Under the pieces are notes generated by a model. That model was not told the origin of the DNA. It saw nothing but the letters and a program-made list of their open reading frames with translations, and did not search any database. Of a stretch of 64,000 bases of DNA, positions 24,469 to 35,004 are shown piece after piece. The DNA is taken from positions 12-64,011 of the forward strand of contig JBCCWG010000003.1 of NCBI GenBank assembly GCA_039193985.1, in the 5' to 3' direction. The stretch comes from Pseudomonadota bacterium (GTDB lineage: Bacteria > Pseudomonadota > Alphaproteobacteria > Rhodobacterales > Rhodobacteraceae). Position 1 is the stretch's first letter, and every line of letters starts with the position of its first letter. The translations under genes were made by a program, and so were the position numbers.

Positions 24469-26302
24469 GGTCGAACCCGCCCCAATCCCCCTGAAGGACG
24501 AAATGACCCGGTGTCACCTCATCGTAGACCGAAGGTTCGGGCGTATAGTCGACCGGGAAAATCGGTGAGGGGATCGGTTTGAAATTCAGATCACGCTCGG
24601 TCTTGCGTTTGCGCGGATCGGCCACAGGAACAGCCGCCATCAACGACTTGGTGTATGGATGGCGGGGGTCTTCAAAGATTGCGGCGCGTGGCCCCATCTC
24701 GACAATGCGGCCCAGATACATCACGCCGACCGAATGGCTGACCCGTTCCACAACGGCCATGTCATGGCTGATGAACAGCATCGAAATCCCGAGATCGGCC
24801 TGCAATTCCATCAGCAGGTTCAGTACCTGGGCCTGCACGCTGACATCCAGCGCGCTGACGGCCTCATCCGCGATGATCAGTTTCGGGTTCAGCGCCAGGG
24901 CGCGGGCAATCGCAATACGCTGGCGCTGCCCACCGGACAATTCGTGCGGATAGCGGTTGAGAAAGCTGCGCGGGAGTTCCACCCGGTCAAAGAGCTGTGC
25001 CACCTTGTCAGCACGCTCCTGTGCATCGCCCAACCCGAAATTGATCAGCGGTTCGGCCACCTGATCCTGAAGCTTCATCTGCGGATTGAGCGAGGCGAAC
25101 GGATCCTGAAAGATCATCTGCATGTCGCGCCGCGCGCGCCGCAACTCGTTCTGGTTGAAATCGATGACGTTCACGCCGTCCAGCCAAACCTCGCCCGAGG
25201 TTGGTTCGACGAGTCGCAGGACCGAGCGCCCGCAAGACGACTTCCCGCACCCGGATTCGCCAACAAGGCTGAGTGTCTGGCCCGATTTGACCTGAAACGA
25301 GACATCCTCGACCGCGTGAACATTGGCGACCGTGCGCCGGAACAACCCGCCTTTGACCGGGAAACGCGTGGTCAGGTTCTTCACATCCAGCAGAACCTTG
25401 TCTTCCTGTGGTACGATCGGCTCGGTCGAGATATCGCCGTGGCCCATGAGTTTCAGGCGCACCGGCGCGGTCGTGCCCGTCATCTCACCCAGCTTCGGCA
25501 CGGCGGCCAACAGAGCTTGTGTATAGGGGTGCTGCGGGTCCTCAAAAATCTGCTCGACGGGCCCTTCTTCCACCTTGTTGCCGCGGAACATGACGACGAC
25601 GCGGTCCGCCATCTGTGCGACCACGGCCATGTCATGCGTGATAAAGATCACCGCCGTGCCCGTTTCACGCTTTAACCGGTCGATCAGGGCCAGAATCTCG
25701 GCCTGGATCGTCACGTCCAAAGCGGTAGTCGGTTCGTCCGCGATCAGAAGCCGCGGCTTGCACGCCAGAGCCATCGCGATCACCACACGCTGGCGCATGC
25801 CGCCTGACAATTCGTGGGGATACTGTTCAAGGCGCCGCTCGGGTTCGGGAATACGAACCTCACGCAGAAGCTCAATCGCACGGTCGATGGCCGCTTGCTT
25901 GCTCAGCCCTTTGTGAACGCGCAGCCCCTCGGTCAGTTGCCGGCCCACCGTGAACACGGGATTGAGCGAAGTCATCGGCTCCTGAAAGATCATGCCGATT
26001 TCATTGCCACGGATCGTGCGCATCAAATCGCTATCCGTTTGCGCGACATCGACCTGGCCACCTCTGTCGGCGCCACGGTCGAACAAAAGCTGCCCGCCCG
26101 CGATGGTGCCACCACCAAACTCGACCAGCCGCATGAGAGACAGGGACGAAACCGACTTGCCCGACCCGGATTCGCCGACAACCGCGACGGTTTCCCCAGC
26201 CGAAACATCAAAGCTCACATCCTCGACCCCGACGACAGGCCCGTCTTTCGTTTGAAACTCCACACGGAGATTGCGCAGCGAGGCGAGAGGTTGATCCAGC
26301 AT
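24461..26302 (-). CDS. Fused double-ATPase subunit of peptide/nickel (Dpp/Opp-type) ABC transporter
   Basis: 613 aa with two full ABC cassettes: GESGSGKS...LSGGMRQR...LIADEPTTALD and GESGCGKS...LSGGQRQR...IIADEAVSALD. Confidence 0.9.
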   Translation of the reverse strand: MLDQPLASLRNLRVEFQTKDGPVVGVEDVSFDVSAGETVAVVGESGSGKSVSSLSLMRLVEFGGGTIAGGQLLFDRGADRGGQVDVAQTDSDLMRTIRGNEIGMIFQEPMTSLNPVFTVGRQLTEGLRVHKGLSKQAAIDRAIELLREVRIPEPERRLEQYPHELSGGMRQRVVIAMALACKPRLLIADEPTTALDVTIQAEILALIDRLKRETGTAVIFITHDMAVVAQMADRVVVMFRGNKVEEGPVEQIFEDPQHPYTQALLAAVPKLGEMTGTTAPVRLKLMGHGDISTEPIVPQEDKVLLDVKNLTTRFPVKGGLFRRTVANVHAVEDVSFQVKSGQTLSLVGESGCGKSSCGRSVLRLVEPTSGEVWLDGVNVIDFNQNELRRARRDMQMIFQDPFASLNPQMKLQDQVAEPLINFGLGDAQERADKVAQLFDRVELPRSFLNRYPHELSGGQRQRIAIARALALNPKLIIADEAVSALDVSVQAQVLNLLMELQADLGISMLFISHDMAVVERVSHSVGVMYLGRIVEMGPRAAIFEDPRHPYTKSLMAAVPVADPRKRKTERDLNFKPIPSPIFPVDYTPEPSVYDEVTPGHFVLQGDWGGFDRG

Positions 26303-26679
26303 GAGACCCCTTATGGCTTAGTCCCCTTGACGCTAGTCGGCTCACCCAAAGGCGTCAATTCTCGCCCGCGTGGCCGCTGTCGGTAATTTCACGCCCTTCA
26401 GGCCCGCAGAAACCAGCGGCGCAAAAGGGACGGACTTGCACAAATCATCACCGTTCGTTGAAAGCTTCATCGCTTTTTTTGCCCGATCCGTCGGCAAAGC
26501 TTGCCTTTTGTCGATCTTTTGGTCGAAACTCCACCTGTCCGTGCCATGGGGGTGGGGACGATCATAACAATCGAAGTTGGATCGTGCTGCATATCACGCA
26601 ACTCGAAAAACCAGTCCCCAGCCCGCTGCTCGACCTGGCAGCACCCTTGGCACGCTCATACCAACAAGGAGTGAAACCC

Positions 26680-28392
26680 ATGAAACTCATGACAGCCCTA
26701 CTGGGCGCGTCGGTGCTTGCCGCCTCTACCACCGTGGCGATTGGCGCGGCCCATGAAGGCCCGCGTGGCCGCGACGGAGATGTCAAGATCATCTATTGGC
26801 AGGCCCCATCGATTCTGAATCCGTATCTGTCCGGCGGCACGAAAGACATCGAGGCCGCATCGCTGGTTGTCGAACCATTGGCCCGATTTGACAGCTCGGG
26901 CACCATTGTGCCGTGGCTCGTCGACGAAATTCCGACGGTTGAAAACGGCGGTGTGTCCGAAGACCTGACCAGCATTACATGGAACATCACGCCAGGTCTG
27001 GTGTGGTCCGACGGCACGGCCTTTACCAGCGCCGACGTGAAGTTCACATATGACTACTGTGTGGACCCCGAGGGCGGCTGCGCACAAGGCGCGAAGTACG
27101 AAGGCATTGCGAGTGTCGAGACACCCGACGATCTGACGGTTGTGGTGACATTCTCGGCCCCGACGCCGAACCCCTATAACGCGTTCGTCGGTGGCGAGGC
27201 CCCGATCCTGCAGGCCGCGCAGTTCGCCGATTGCATGGGCGCCAAGGCCCCGGAATGCACTGAACAGAATTTCAATCCCATCGGCACCGGTCCGTTTACG
27301 GTCACCGAGTTCAAGCCGAACGACGTGATCACCTTTGCCGCCAACGAAAACTTCCGGCATGAAGGCAAACCGGCCTTTGCAAGTGTGACCTTCAAAGGTG
27401 GCGGCGATGCCACTGCAGCGGGCCGCGCCGTGATGGAAACCGGCGAGTTTGACTATGCCTGGAACCTGCAACTGGCGCCCGACGTGATCGCCAAGATGCA
27501 GGAAGGTGGGCAGGGCACGCCCGTCGCAGGTTTCGGCCCGCTGGTCGAGCGGATCATGCTCAACCACACGAACCCCGACCCGTCACTTGGCCCGGATGAG
27601 CGTGCCGTCATTCGGCCGCATCCGTTCCTGCAGGAACCTGCTGTCTACAAGGCCATGTCGATGGCAATCGACCGCCCGCTTCTGGTCGAGATCGGTTACG
27701 GTCAGGCAGGACGCGTGACCTGTAACTGGGTGCCCGTGCCGAACATCTATGCCTCGACCACCTTTGATTGTGCAACGCAGGACATCGCCGGTGCGAACGC
27801 GATGCTGGACGACGCCGGTTTTGTCGACACTGACGGCGACGGTGTCCGTGAAGTGAACGGCGTGCCGATGAAGATCCTTTACCAGACCTCGACCAACGCC
27901 GTTCGTCAGGATTTCCAGGCGCTGATCAAACAGTGGTGGAGCGAAATCGGCATCGAGTCCGAGCTTCGCAACATCGACGCGTCGGTCTTCTTCGGCGGCG
28001 ATCCGGGCAGCCCGGACACCTTCCAGAAGTTCTATGCAGACGTCGAGATGTACGCCAACACGTTCAATGGCACGGACCCGCAGTCCTATCTCGGCAACGC
28101 GCTGTGCTCCAAGATCCCGTCGCCTGCGTCACAGTGGCAGGGTGAGAACATCAGCCGCTTCTGCTCGGAAGAGTTCGATGCAAAGTGGGAAGAGCTGGCA
28201 AAAACCGCCGATATCGCCGAGCGCGGACGCCTCGCCGCCGAACTCAACGATATGGCCATCGAAGGTGGCGCCATGATCCCACTGGTGCACCGCGGACGTC
28301 TGTCGGCCCATGCCAACACCCTTGGCGGCATCGACCTGAACGTTTGGGACAGCGAGCTTTGGAACATCGCTGACTGGTACCGGACCGAGTGA
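26680..28392 (+). CDS. ABC transporter substrate-binding protein, family 5 (peptide/nickel type)
   Basis: ATG at 26680 after an AAGGAG RBS. Signal peptide MKLMTALLGASVLAASTTVAIGA. The layout resembles family-5 SBPs. The upstream part of ORF 26458.. is not coding. Confidence 0.85.
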   Translation: MKLMTALLGASVLAASTTVAIGAAHEGPRGRDGDVKIIYWQAPSILNPYLSGGTKDIEAASLVVEPLARFDSSGTIVPWLVDEIPTVENGGVSEDLTSITWNITPGLVWSDGTAFTSADVKFTYDYCVDPEGGCAQGAKYEGIASVETPDDLTVVVTFSAPTPNPYNAFVGGEAPILQAAQFADCMGAKAPECTEQNFNPIGTGPFTVTEFKPNDVITFAANENFRHEGKPAFASVTFKGGGDATAAGRAVMETGEFDYAWNLQLAPDVIAKMQEGGQGTPVAGFGPLVERIMLNHTNPDPSLGPDERAVIRPHPFLQEPAVYKAMSMAIDRPLLVEIGYGQAGRVTCNWVPVPNIYASTTFDCATQDIAGANAMLDDAGFVDTDGDGVREVNGVPMKILYQTSTNAVRQDFQALIKQWWSEIGIESELRNIDASVFFGGDPGSPDTFQKFYADVEMYANTFNGTDPQSYLGNALCSKIPSPASQWQGENISRFCSEEFDAKWEELAKTADIAERGRLAAELNDMAIEGGAMIPLVHRGRLSAHANTLGGIDLNVWDSELWNIADWYRTE

Positions 28393-28445
28393 TCCCACTT
28401 CAGGGCGGCGGTTGATATCGCCGCCCTGACTGCGCGAGGCGGGCC

Positions 28446-29453
28446 ATGCTCACATTCACCATCAGACGTCTGATCCTAAGCATCCCGACGCTGCTGTTCA
28501 TCAGCCTCGTGATCTTTCTTCTTCTCAAACTTGCCCCGGGCGACCCGATGGCCAGCCAGCCGCTGACCATTCCGCCCGAAGTGCGCGAACGGATGCGCGA
28601 GGCGCTTGGCGTGGGTGCGCCGTGGTACATCGCGTTCCCGAAATGGCTTTATCAGTTTTTCGTGGTCGAGCCGCTGTACTTTTTCGATGCGATCCTTGGC
28701 ACCAACTGGGCCGATGGTCAGCAGCGTGTCATCTCGTGGCAGACCCGTTCGCCGGTGATGGACATCGTCGTGCAGCGCCTGCCGCAAACGCTTTGGGTCG
28801 TCGGCACGGCCTATGTCGTTGCGATCCTCATCGCCCTGCCGATCGGCATCTACTCCGCCTATCGTCAGTACAGCTGGTTCGACAACGCGGGCACGTTCGT
28901 CACCATGGTCGGCTTCTCCGTACCGCCCTTCTTTTCAGGCGTGTTGGTGATCGTGATCTTTTCGGTCCAACTCGGCTGGTTCCCGTCGATTTATGATACG
29001 ACACTGCGCGTGGTCGATTGGGAAAGCTTCAAGGCGCAGCTGCAACAAATGGTCATGCCGGTGATGGTGCTTGCGTTGCAGATCACCAGCCAGCTCAGCC
29101 GTTTCATGCGCGCCTCGATGCTGGACAACCTGAACCAGGATTATGTCCGCACCGCGCGCGCCAAAGGGCTTGGCGAGAAAACCGTGGTGCTGGTGCATGT
29201 GTTGCGCAATTCGCTGATCCCGGTCGTCACCGTGATCGCGCTTGGCATCCCTGCGATCTTTGGCGGTGCGATCATCACCGAGCAGGTGTTCAAAGTGAAC
29301 GGCATCGGTCAGCTGCTGATCACCGCCATTCAGGCCAACGATCTGCCGATGGTGCAGACGCTGACCTTTATCTTCGCGATCCTGATCGTGCTCTTCAACC
29401 TGATCGCCGACATCCTGTACGGCATTCTCGACCCGAGGATCCGCTATGACTGA
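28446..29453 (+). CDS. ABC transporter permease (DppB/OppB-like)
   Basis: The N-terminus MLTFTIRRLILSIPTLLFISLVIFLLLKLAPGDP is typical of the family. EAA-loop YVRTARAKGL. Confidence 0.9.
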   Translation: MLTFTIRRLILSIPTLLFISLVIFLLLKLAPGDPMASQPLTIPPEVRERMREALGVGAPWYIAFPKWLYQFFVVEPLYFFDAILGTNWADGQQRVISWQTRSPVMDIVVQRLPQTLWVVGTAYVVAILIALPIGIYSAYRQYSWFDNAGTFVTMVGFSVPPFFSGVLVIVIFSVQLGWFPSIYDTTLRVVDWESFKAQLQQMVMPVMVLALQITSQLSRFMRASMLDNLNQDYVRTARAKGLGEKTVVLVHVLRNSLIPVVTVIALGIPAIFGGAIITEQVFKVNGIGQLLITAIQANDLPMVQTLTFIFAILIVLFNLIADILYGILDPRIRYD

Positions 29454-30420
29454 CACGCCGATCACCATGGACAAGGTCGAACCGACCGCACCCCCGCGGT
29501 CGCAATGGGCCGACATCTGGGACCAGTTCAAAAGCCACCGGGGCGCGATGTGGGGTGCGAGCATCTTTATCGTGATCGTGCTGATGGTACTGGTCGGGCC
29601 GTGGATTTACTGGAACGACCCCCAGTTCGTGCCGACCGGGCGCGACTTTCTTGAGCTGCGCGACACACGGCCCATTTACACCGCCCTTTGGGACAGCGAC
29701 GCCAAGGTCAACTGGTTGCATCCTCTGGGCACCGACAACCTGGGCCGCGACACACTGGGCCGGCTGCTGATCGGGGGCCGCATTTCGCTGGCGGTCGGCG
29801 TGGCCGCCATGGTGCTTTCCGTGTTGCTCGGCACATTTGTCGGTGTGATTGCCGGCTATTCCAGGCTGCTCGATGGTCCGCTTATGCGGTTGACCGATCT
29901 GTTCCTGGCTCTGCCGCTTTTGCCCCTCCTCCTTGTGTCGGTGCTGCTGTTCCGCGACCGATTGTCGGCCGCCTTTGGGCCCGAAGGGGGAACGTTCATT
30001 CTGATCGTGACGCTTGTCGGCGTGACAAGCTGGATGCAAACCGCACGCATCGTGCGCGGCGATGTTCTGGCACTGAAAGAACGCGAATTTATCCTGGCGG
30101 CACGATCGATCGGCACATCACCTTCCAAGATGGTGATGCGCCATTTGCTGCCCAATGTGATGAGCCCGATCATGGTCTCGGCCACGCTGGGCATCGCGAC
30201 CGCGATCATCACCGAAAGTGCGCTGTCGTTCCTTGGATTCGGATTTCCGCCAGACTTCCCGACATGGGGCAAACTGCTGTTCGACGCAGTCGACCGGATG
30301 GAGCTTTACCCCGAGCGCGTGGTGTGGCCCGGTCTGCTGATTTCGCTGACCGTTCTCAGCGTGAACTATGTCGGCGATGGTCTGCGCGACGCTCTGGACC
30401 CGCGCATTCGCGGGCGATGA
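29446..30420 (+). CDS. ABC transporter permease (DppC/OppC-like)
   Basis: HPLGTDNLGRDTLGRLLIGGRISL and EFILAARSIGTS motifs. 8-bp overlap with the upstream permease. Confidence 0.9.
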   Translation: MTDTPITMDKVEPTAPPRSQWADIWDQFKSHRGAMWGASIFIVIVLMVLVGPWIYWNDPQFVPTGRDFLELRDTRPIYTALWDSDAKVNWLHPLGTDNLGRDTLGRLLIGGRISLAVGVAAMVLSVLLGTFVGVIAGYSRLLDGPLMRLTDLFLALPLLPLLLVSVLLFRDRLSAAFGPEGGTFILIVTLVGVTSWMQTARIVRGDVLALKEREFILAARSIGTSPSKMVMRHLLPNVMSPIMVSATLGIATAIITESALSFLGFGFPPDFPTWGKLLFDAVDRMELYPERVVWPGLLISLTVLSVNYVGDGLRDALDPRIRGR

Positions 30421-30995
30421 GCGTTACGGTTTACCCGGCAACATCCGACCGGTGGGACGATTTGGAGGCGCTATTCGAAAGCGCGAGTGCGACCCGGAAC
30501 TGCTGGTGCATGTGGTGGCGCATCGCGGGCAATGCGTGGCGGGAGATTGACAAGGCCGGTCGCAAGACTGCATTTCGCAACTTAGTGGATCAACACCCTG
30601 CCCCGGGCGTACTCGCCTATCTGGACGGACGGGCCGTCGGCTGGGCACAGGCCACGCCGCGCCGCGCCGTTCCCCGGTTCAACAACGGGCGCACGAGCAA
30701 ACCCGAACAGGGCGCCGATCTCGACAAGATATGGACGCTGTCCTGTTTCTTCATCCGTTCCGAGGCACGCAAACAGGGCCTGATGGAAGAGCTTGCTCGC
30801 GGGGCCTGTGCTCATGCGGTCGCGCATGGTGCGGTCAGCGTCGAAGCCTCGGCCTTTCGACCGACGCGCCCGTTGGAGCGCAGCGAGGGCTATGTTGGTC
30901 TGATCGGTCCACTAAACCGCGCAGGTTTCATCGAAATCGCTGAGCGTGGGACGCATCGGACTTTGATGCGTTGGACCCCCGCGCCTGACGGGTAG
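30417..30995 (+). CDS. GNAT-family N-acetyltransferase
   Basis: ATGA overlap with the permease stop. 192 aa, with IRSEARKQGLMEELARGA in the acetyl-CoA binding region. The long ORF 29688.. is only an upstream extension over the permease. Confidence 0.7.
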   Translation: MSVTVYPATSDRWDDLEALFESASATRNCWCMWWRIAGNAWREIDKAGRKTAFRNLVDQHPAPGVLAYLDGRAVGWAQATPRRAVPRFNNGRTSKPEQGADLDKIWTLSCFFIRSEARKQGLMEELARGACAHAVAHGAVSVEASAFRPTRPLERSEGYVGLIGPLNRAGFIEIAERGTHRTLMRWTPAPDG

Positions 30996-30998
30996 CGA

Positions 30999-32303
30999 TC
31001 ACTCGACGCTTTGCCGGATGCGCCGGACTGCGATCCACACCAGCGCGAGAACGAGCGGAGTGAGAATGGCAAAGGTACCGACTTTGCCGATGCCCGCACC
31101 TTCGAAGAACGGCATGGTCAGATACGACAGCAGGTTGACCGCATAATAGCTGATCGCCGCGACTGAGAAGCCTTCGACCGTCTTCTGCAAACGCAACTGT
31201 AAATCAGCGCGCCGATCCATCGAGGCCAGCAGTTCCTGGTTCTGTGCCGAGCGTTCCACATCGACGCGTGTGCGCAGCAAGTTGGCGGCGCGTTCGGCGC
31301 GTTCCGCCATTGTGCGCAACTGGCCTTCTACGGCAACCACCGTGCGCATCGCGGGGTCGAACCGCCGCATCATGAATTCGGCAAAGGTCTGGCGGCCATC
31401 GAACCGCTCTTCGCGCAGAACCTCGATCCGTTGATCCACAAGCGCGCGGTAAGCCCCGGTCGCGCCAAATCGAAAGGCGGAATGGGCCAGTGTGCTTTCA
31501 AGCTCGGCCGAAACCTCGAGCAATCCGTTCAGCGTCTCTTCCGAGCGAACGTTGTCGCCGCGCATCTCGGACATAAGGTTTGTCAGCTTTCCGTTGATGC
31601 TGCCGATTGTGGCCCCGAGGCCGCGCGCCCGCGCCAGTCCCAGCATCGACATCGACTTGTATGTTTCGATCTCGCATATGCGCTGCACCACACGGCCAAT
31701 GCGCTGCGCCCCCATACCCGGTCGCGCAAAGAGCGCAAAGCGCATATGCCCGGCCGTATCGATGCGAAAATCACCCGCCATAACAGCCGTGTCGTCCAGA
31801 ACCGAACTGATCGCCAGGCTTTCGGGCACAAACCATTTCTCAAGCTTTCCGGGGATGTCTTTGTCATCCTCGCAAACCTCGACACGGATCAGGGCCGAGG
31901 TGATGCGTTCGCCCGGCGCGTCCTGCAGCCAGTCTTCGGGGACCATCGAAAACGTCGAGGCATCGAACGGTGTCTCGGCAACCCCAACGCCGAAGATCGT
32001 GTACGTCACGAACTCGGTGTGACTTTCCCACTTGAGCATGTGGCGCCCGATCTCGCCGAAATAGTGCGTCGCGCCCGGCTGGGGATGCGCCACCCCGAAG
32101 CGGTCGAGGAGGGCGATAAGATGCGCGCGGTCAAGCTCACGATCGCGTGCCGCAGCATCCGATGGCTGCTTGATGGCCAGATACGCGGCACGGCACGGGG
32201 CCTGAAGCTTGGGAAACGGGCGCGCGTGCAGCTCATTCGCAAGCTTGTAGCGCAGGTCATGATCTTTGATCGGGCTCATCTCTACCGCCTTTGCATGCGC
32301 CAT
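30999..32303 (-). CDS. DUF3422-like membrane-anchored protein of unknown function
   Basis: 434 aa. A soluble N-terminal ~370 aa, coiled-coil-like middle and two C-terminal TM helices (VAAISYYAVNLLSYL, GTFAILTPLVLALVWIAV). The family assignment is from memory. Confidence 0.55.
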   Translation of the reverse strand: MAHAKAVEMSPIKDHDLRYKLANELHARPFPKLQAPCRAAYLAIKQPSDAAARDRELDRAHLIALLDRFGVAHPQPGATHYFGEIGRHMLKWESHTEFVTYTIFGVGVAETPFDASTFSMVPEDWLQDAPGERITSALIRVEVCEDDKDIPGKLEKWFVPESLAISSVLDDTAVMAGDFRIDTAGHMRFALFARPGMGAQRIGRVVQRICEIETYKSMSMLGLARARGLGATIGSINGKLTNLMSEMRGDNVRSEETLNGLLEVSAELESTLAHSAFRFGATGAYRALVDQRIEVLREERFDGRQTFAEFMMRRFDPAMRTVVAVEGQLRTMAERAERAANLLRTRVDVERSAQNQELLASMDRRADLQLRLQKTVEGFSVAAISYYAVNLLSYLTMPFFEGAGIGKVGTFAILTPLVLALVWIAVRRIRQSVE

Positions 32304-32461
32304 ATATACGCGCGATCTCAGCTTGAGCCAGCTTTTTATTGATATTTCCTATACTTACGCGTCCACCGTCGTATACCGGAGACATCTGCAACGCGCCCTC
32401 GACGCAGAGGGCATCCGCGAGTACTCACAAGGAAACAAGGCCAAGAGGATACGCCAGCAGG

Positions 32462-33445
32462 ATGCCCGCGGATTTCGATATCTGCATTGTCGCACAAAAG
32501 GGCCGCTTGTCCTTTGAGGCAGTGCTGTTCGCGGCCACGCTGTGCGCCGCCGCCCCCGGGTTCGAGGGCAGACTGATCGTGGGCGAACCGCAGCCCGGCC
32601 CGCTTTGGCGCAAGGATCCGCGGATTGATACCGACGCGCGCGCGCTTCTGACCACGCTTGGTGCCGAAATCCTGCCGTTCACATCGCACCACTTCGGCGA
32701 CGCTTACCCTTATGGCAACAAGGTCGAGATGCTGGCCGCCATGCCAAAGGACCGGCCGTTCCTGTTCTTTGACACGGACACGATCATTACCGGCCCCGTG
32801 GACCGGTTGACCCTCGATTTCGATCGCCCCGCTGCCTCGATGATGCGCGAGAACACATGGCCGGTCGTTCCGCTCTATGGCCCCGACCTCGGCACGATCT
32901 GGAGCGCCGTTTACCGGCGTGCCGGTGTCGAGATGGCCCCGACCCTCGATCTGTCGCAACCCGAAGGGCATTGGGAACGGCATCTCTATTTCAATGCAGG
33001 GTGGTTCTTCTATCGCTGCCCGCAGGTCTTTGCGGCCAAGATGATCGACCTGATGGTCAGCCTGCGGGATGACCGGCCCGATGCGCTCGCCTGTCAAACG
33101 CTTGATCCGTGGCTCGATCAGATCGCCCTGCCCGCGGTCATTGCCGGGCTTGGCGGCGGACGGCCGGAGGGCGATGCGCTGGCGCTCGATGGCGAAATGG
33201 CTTTACACTGGCGCGCCCTGCCGCTGCTTTATGCCAAGACGCCTGATGCCACGGTCGAATTTCTCGAGACCACGGTTGCCCCGAACAAGATCAAGAAGGT
33301 CCTCAAGCAATACGAGCCCTTCAAACGCATGATCTATCAGGGGCGCGGCGCGCGGGTGCGTGCGCTTTTCGACCAAACGAACCTGCCCCCAGCGGAAAAG
33401 GCCATTCGCAACCGGATCAGGCGCGAAAAGCTCTGGATGCGCTGA
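32462..33445 (+). CDS. Hypothetical protein, GT8-like nucleotide-sugar glycosyltransferase fold suspected
   Basis: ATG at 32462. FLFFDTDTII (DxD) and HLYFNAGWFFY resemble the GT8 DxD and YFNAGV motifs. Support is otherwise weak. Confidence 0.45.
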   Translation: MPADFDICIVAQKGRLSFEAVLFAATLCAAAPGFEGRLIVGEPQPGPLWRKDPRIDTDARALLTTLGAEILPFTSHHFGDAYPYGNKVEMLAAMPKDRPFLFFDTDTIITGPVDRLTLDFDRPAASMMRENTWPVVPLYGPDLGTIWSAVYRRAGVEMAPTLDLSQPEGHWERHLYFNAGWFFYRCPQVFAAKMIDLMVSLRDDRPDALACQTLDPWLDQIALPAVIAGLGGGRPEGDALALDGEMALHWRALPLLYAKTPDATVEFLETTVAPNKIKKVLKQYEPFKRMIYQGRGARVRALFDQTNLPPAEKAIRNRIRREKLWMR

Positions 33446-33511
33446 CCGGTTGCGCGTTGCAGTTCGCCAAAGACCACCTTAGGTTCCCGCAAACTTTCAG
33501 GGAGAGCCTTC

Positions 33512-34801
33512 ATGACCGACCGTCCGCAACATTTCGATACGCTGCAAATCCATGCCGGGGCCGCGCCCGACCCGGCGACAGGCGCGCGTCAGGTCCCGAT
33601 CTATCAGTCCACGGCGTATGTCTTTCAGGATGCCGACCACGCGGCCCGGCTCTTCAACCTGCAGGAAGTGGGCTATATCTATTCGCGCCTGACCAACCCG
33701 ACGGTGTCCGCACTTGCCGAACGGATCACGCATCTGGAAGGCGGGGCCGGCGGCATCTGTTGCTCGTCAGGGCACGCAGCGCAAATCATGGCATTGTTCC
33801 CGCTGATGATGCCCGGCTGCAATATCGTTGCTTCAACCAGGCTTTACGGTGGCACCTATACGCAGCTGACGCAGACCATAAAACGCTTCGGTTGGTCCGC
33901 GACCCTGGTCGATTTCGACGATCTGGACGCAGTGAAAGCCGCTATTGATGATAACACCCGCGCAATCTTTTGCGAAAGCATTGCGAACCCCGGCGGGTAC
34001 ATCACCGACCTCGATGCCATAGGAAAAATCGCCGATGAGGCGGGCCTGCCGCTGATCGTCGACAACACCTCGGCCTCGCCCTATCTCTGCCGCCCGATTG
34101 ACCACGGGGCGACGCTGGTGGTGCATTCGACCACCAAGTACCTGACCGGCAACGGCACCGTCACCGGCGGCGCGGTGATCGACAGCGGCAAGTTCAACTG
34201 GTCGGCCTCCGACAAGTTCCCGTCGCTCAGCCAGCCCGAGCCCGCCTATCACGGCCTGAACTTCCACGAAGTGCTGGGGCCGATGGCCTTCACCTTCCAC
34301 TCCATCGCGGTGGGCCTGCGAGATCTGGGCATGACGATGAACCCGCAGGGCGCGCATTACACGCTGATGGGGATCGAAACCCTGTCGCTGCGGATGGATC
34401 GGCATGTCGAGAACGCAGTTAAGGTCGCCAAGTGGCTTGAAGCCGATGACCGGATTGAAAAGGTAACCTATGCCGGCTTGGAAAGCTCGCCCTACTTTGA
34501 TCGTGTGGCGCGCATTTGCCCCAAGGGCGCAGGCTCGCTTTTCACCTTCGCGATCAAGGGCGGCTACGAGAACTGCGTCAAGCTGATCAATGCGGTCGAG
34601 CTGTTCAGCCACGTCGCGAACCTGGGCGATGCGCGGTCGCTCATCATCCACTCGGCCTCGACCACGCACCGTCAATTGTCGGACGAACAGCGGGCCGCGG
34701 CTGGCGCGCTCGACAATGTGGTGCGGGTGTCTATCGGGACCGAGAATGCTGACGACATCATCGCCGATCTGGATCAGGCGCTGACCAAGGCACTGGCGTA
34801 A
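33512..34801 (+). CDS. metY: O-acetylhomoserine sulfhydrylase (PLP-dependent)
   Basis: TLQIHAG, YSRLTNPT, the PLP-lysine block VVHSTTKYLTGNG, and SLGDARSLIIHSASTTH. Confidence 0.9.
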   Translation: MTDRPQHFDTLQIHAGAAPDPATGARQVPIYQSTAYVFQDADHAARLFNLQEVGYIYSRLTNPTVSALAERITHLEGGAGGICCSSGHAAQIMALFPLMMPGCNIVASTRLYGGTYTQLTQTIKRFGWSATLVDFDDLDAVKAAIDDNTRAIFCESIANPGGYITDLDAIGKIADEAGLPLIVDNTSASPYLCRPIDHGATLVVHSTTKYLTGNGTVTGGAVIDSGKFNWSASDKFPSLSQPEPAYHGLNFHEVLGPMAFTFHSIAVGLRDLGMTMNPQGAHYTLMGIETLSLRMDRHVENAVKVAKWLEADDRIEKVTYAGLESSPYFDRVARICPKGAGSLFTFAIKGGYENCVKLINAVELFSHVANLGDARSLIIHSASTTHRQLSDEQRAAAGALDNVVRVSIGTENADDIIADLDQALTKALA

Positions 34802-34839
34802 AGCGGGAGAGGTTCCGCCGCCTATCGGCGTCGCTCCAT

Positions 34840-34900
34840 GCGAGGGGGTTTTACCCCCTCGCGCTCCCCCAGCATATTTTTGAGCCGATGAAGACGAAGG
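34840..34900 (+). repeat. REP-like intergenic repeat, copy A (G5/C5 hairpin + CCCCCAGCATATTTTTGAGCCGATGAAGACGAAGG tail)
   Basis: The reverse complement of the tail matches copy C (tcatcggct...atatgc.gggg) and is related to copies B and D. Confidence 0.55.
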
Positions 34901-34933
34901 CCCGCTCTGCAACAGGCGGGCCTTCTCGGTTTT
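34896..34933 (+). terminator. Rho-independent terminator downstream of metY
   Basis: gaaggcccgc-tctgcaacag-gcgggccttc followed by tcggtttt. Confidence 0.6.
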
Positions 34934-35004
34934 CACCGGCTGCGGCCATCGGCTTGCCAGCCTGTACCGCCTGCCAACCGTGACAAATCAAACTTAACGA
35001 AGCG

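Noticed and set aside
29688-30416. N-terminal part of the 435-aa ORF 29688..30995
   Set aside because: It overlaps the DppC-like permease in another frame. The real gene is the GNAT starting at the ATGA junction at 30417.
33446-33511. Possible SAM-II-type riboswitch in the 66-nt leader of metY
   Set aside because: I could not find the conserved AAAGCU-type 3' strand or a convincing pseudoknot by eye. A covariance-model scan would be needed, so I make no claim.
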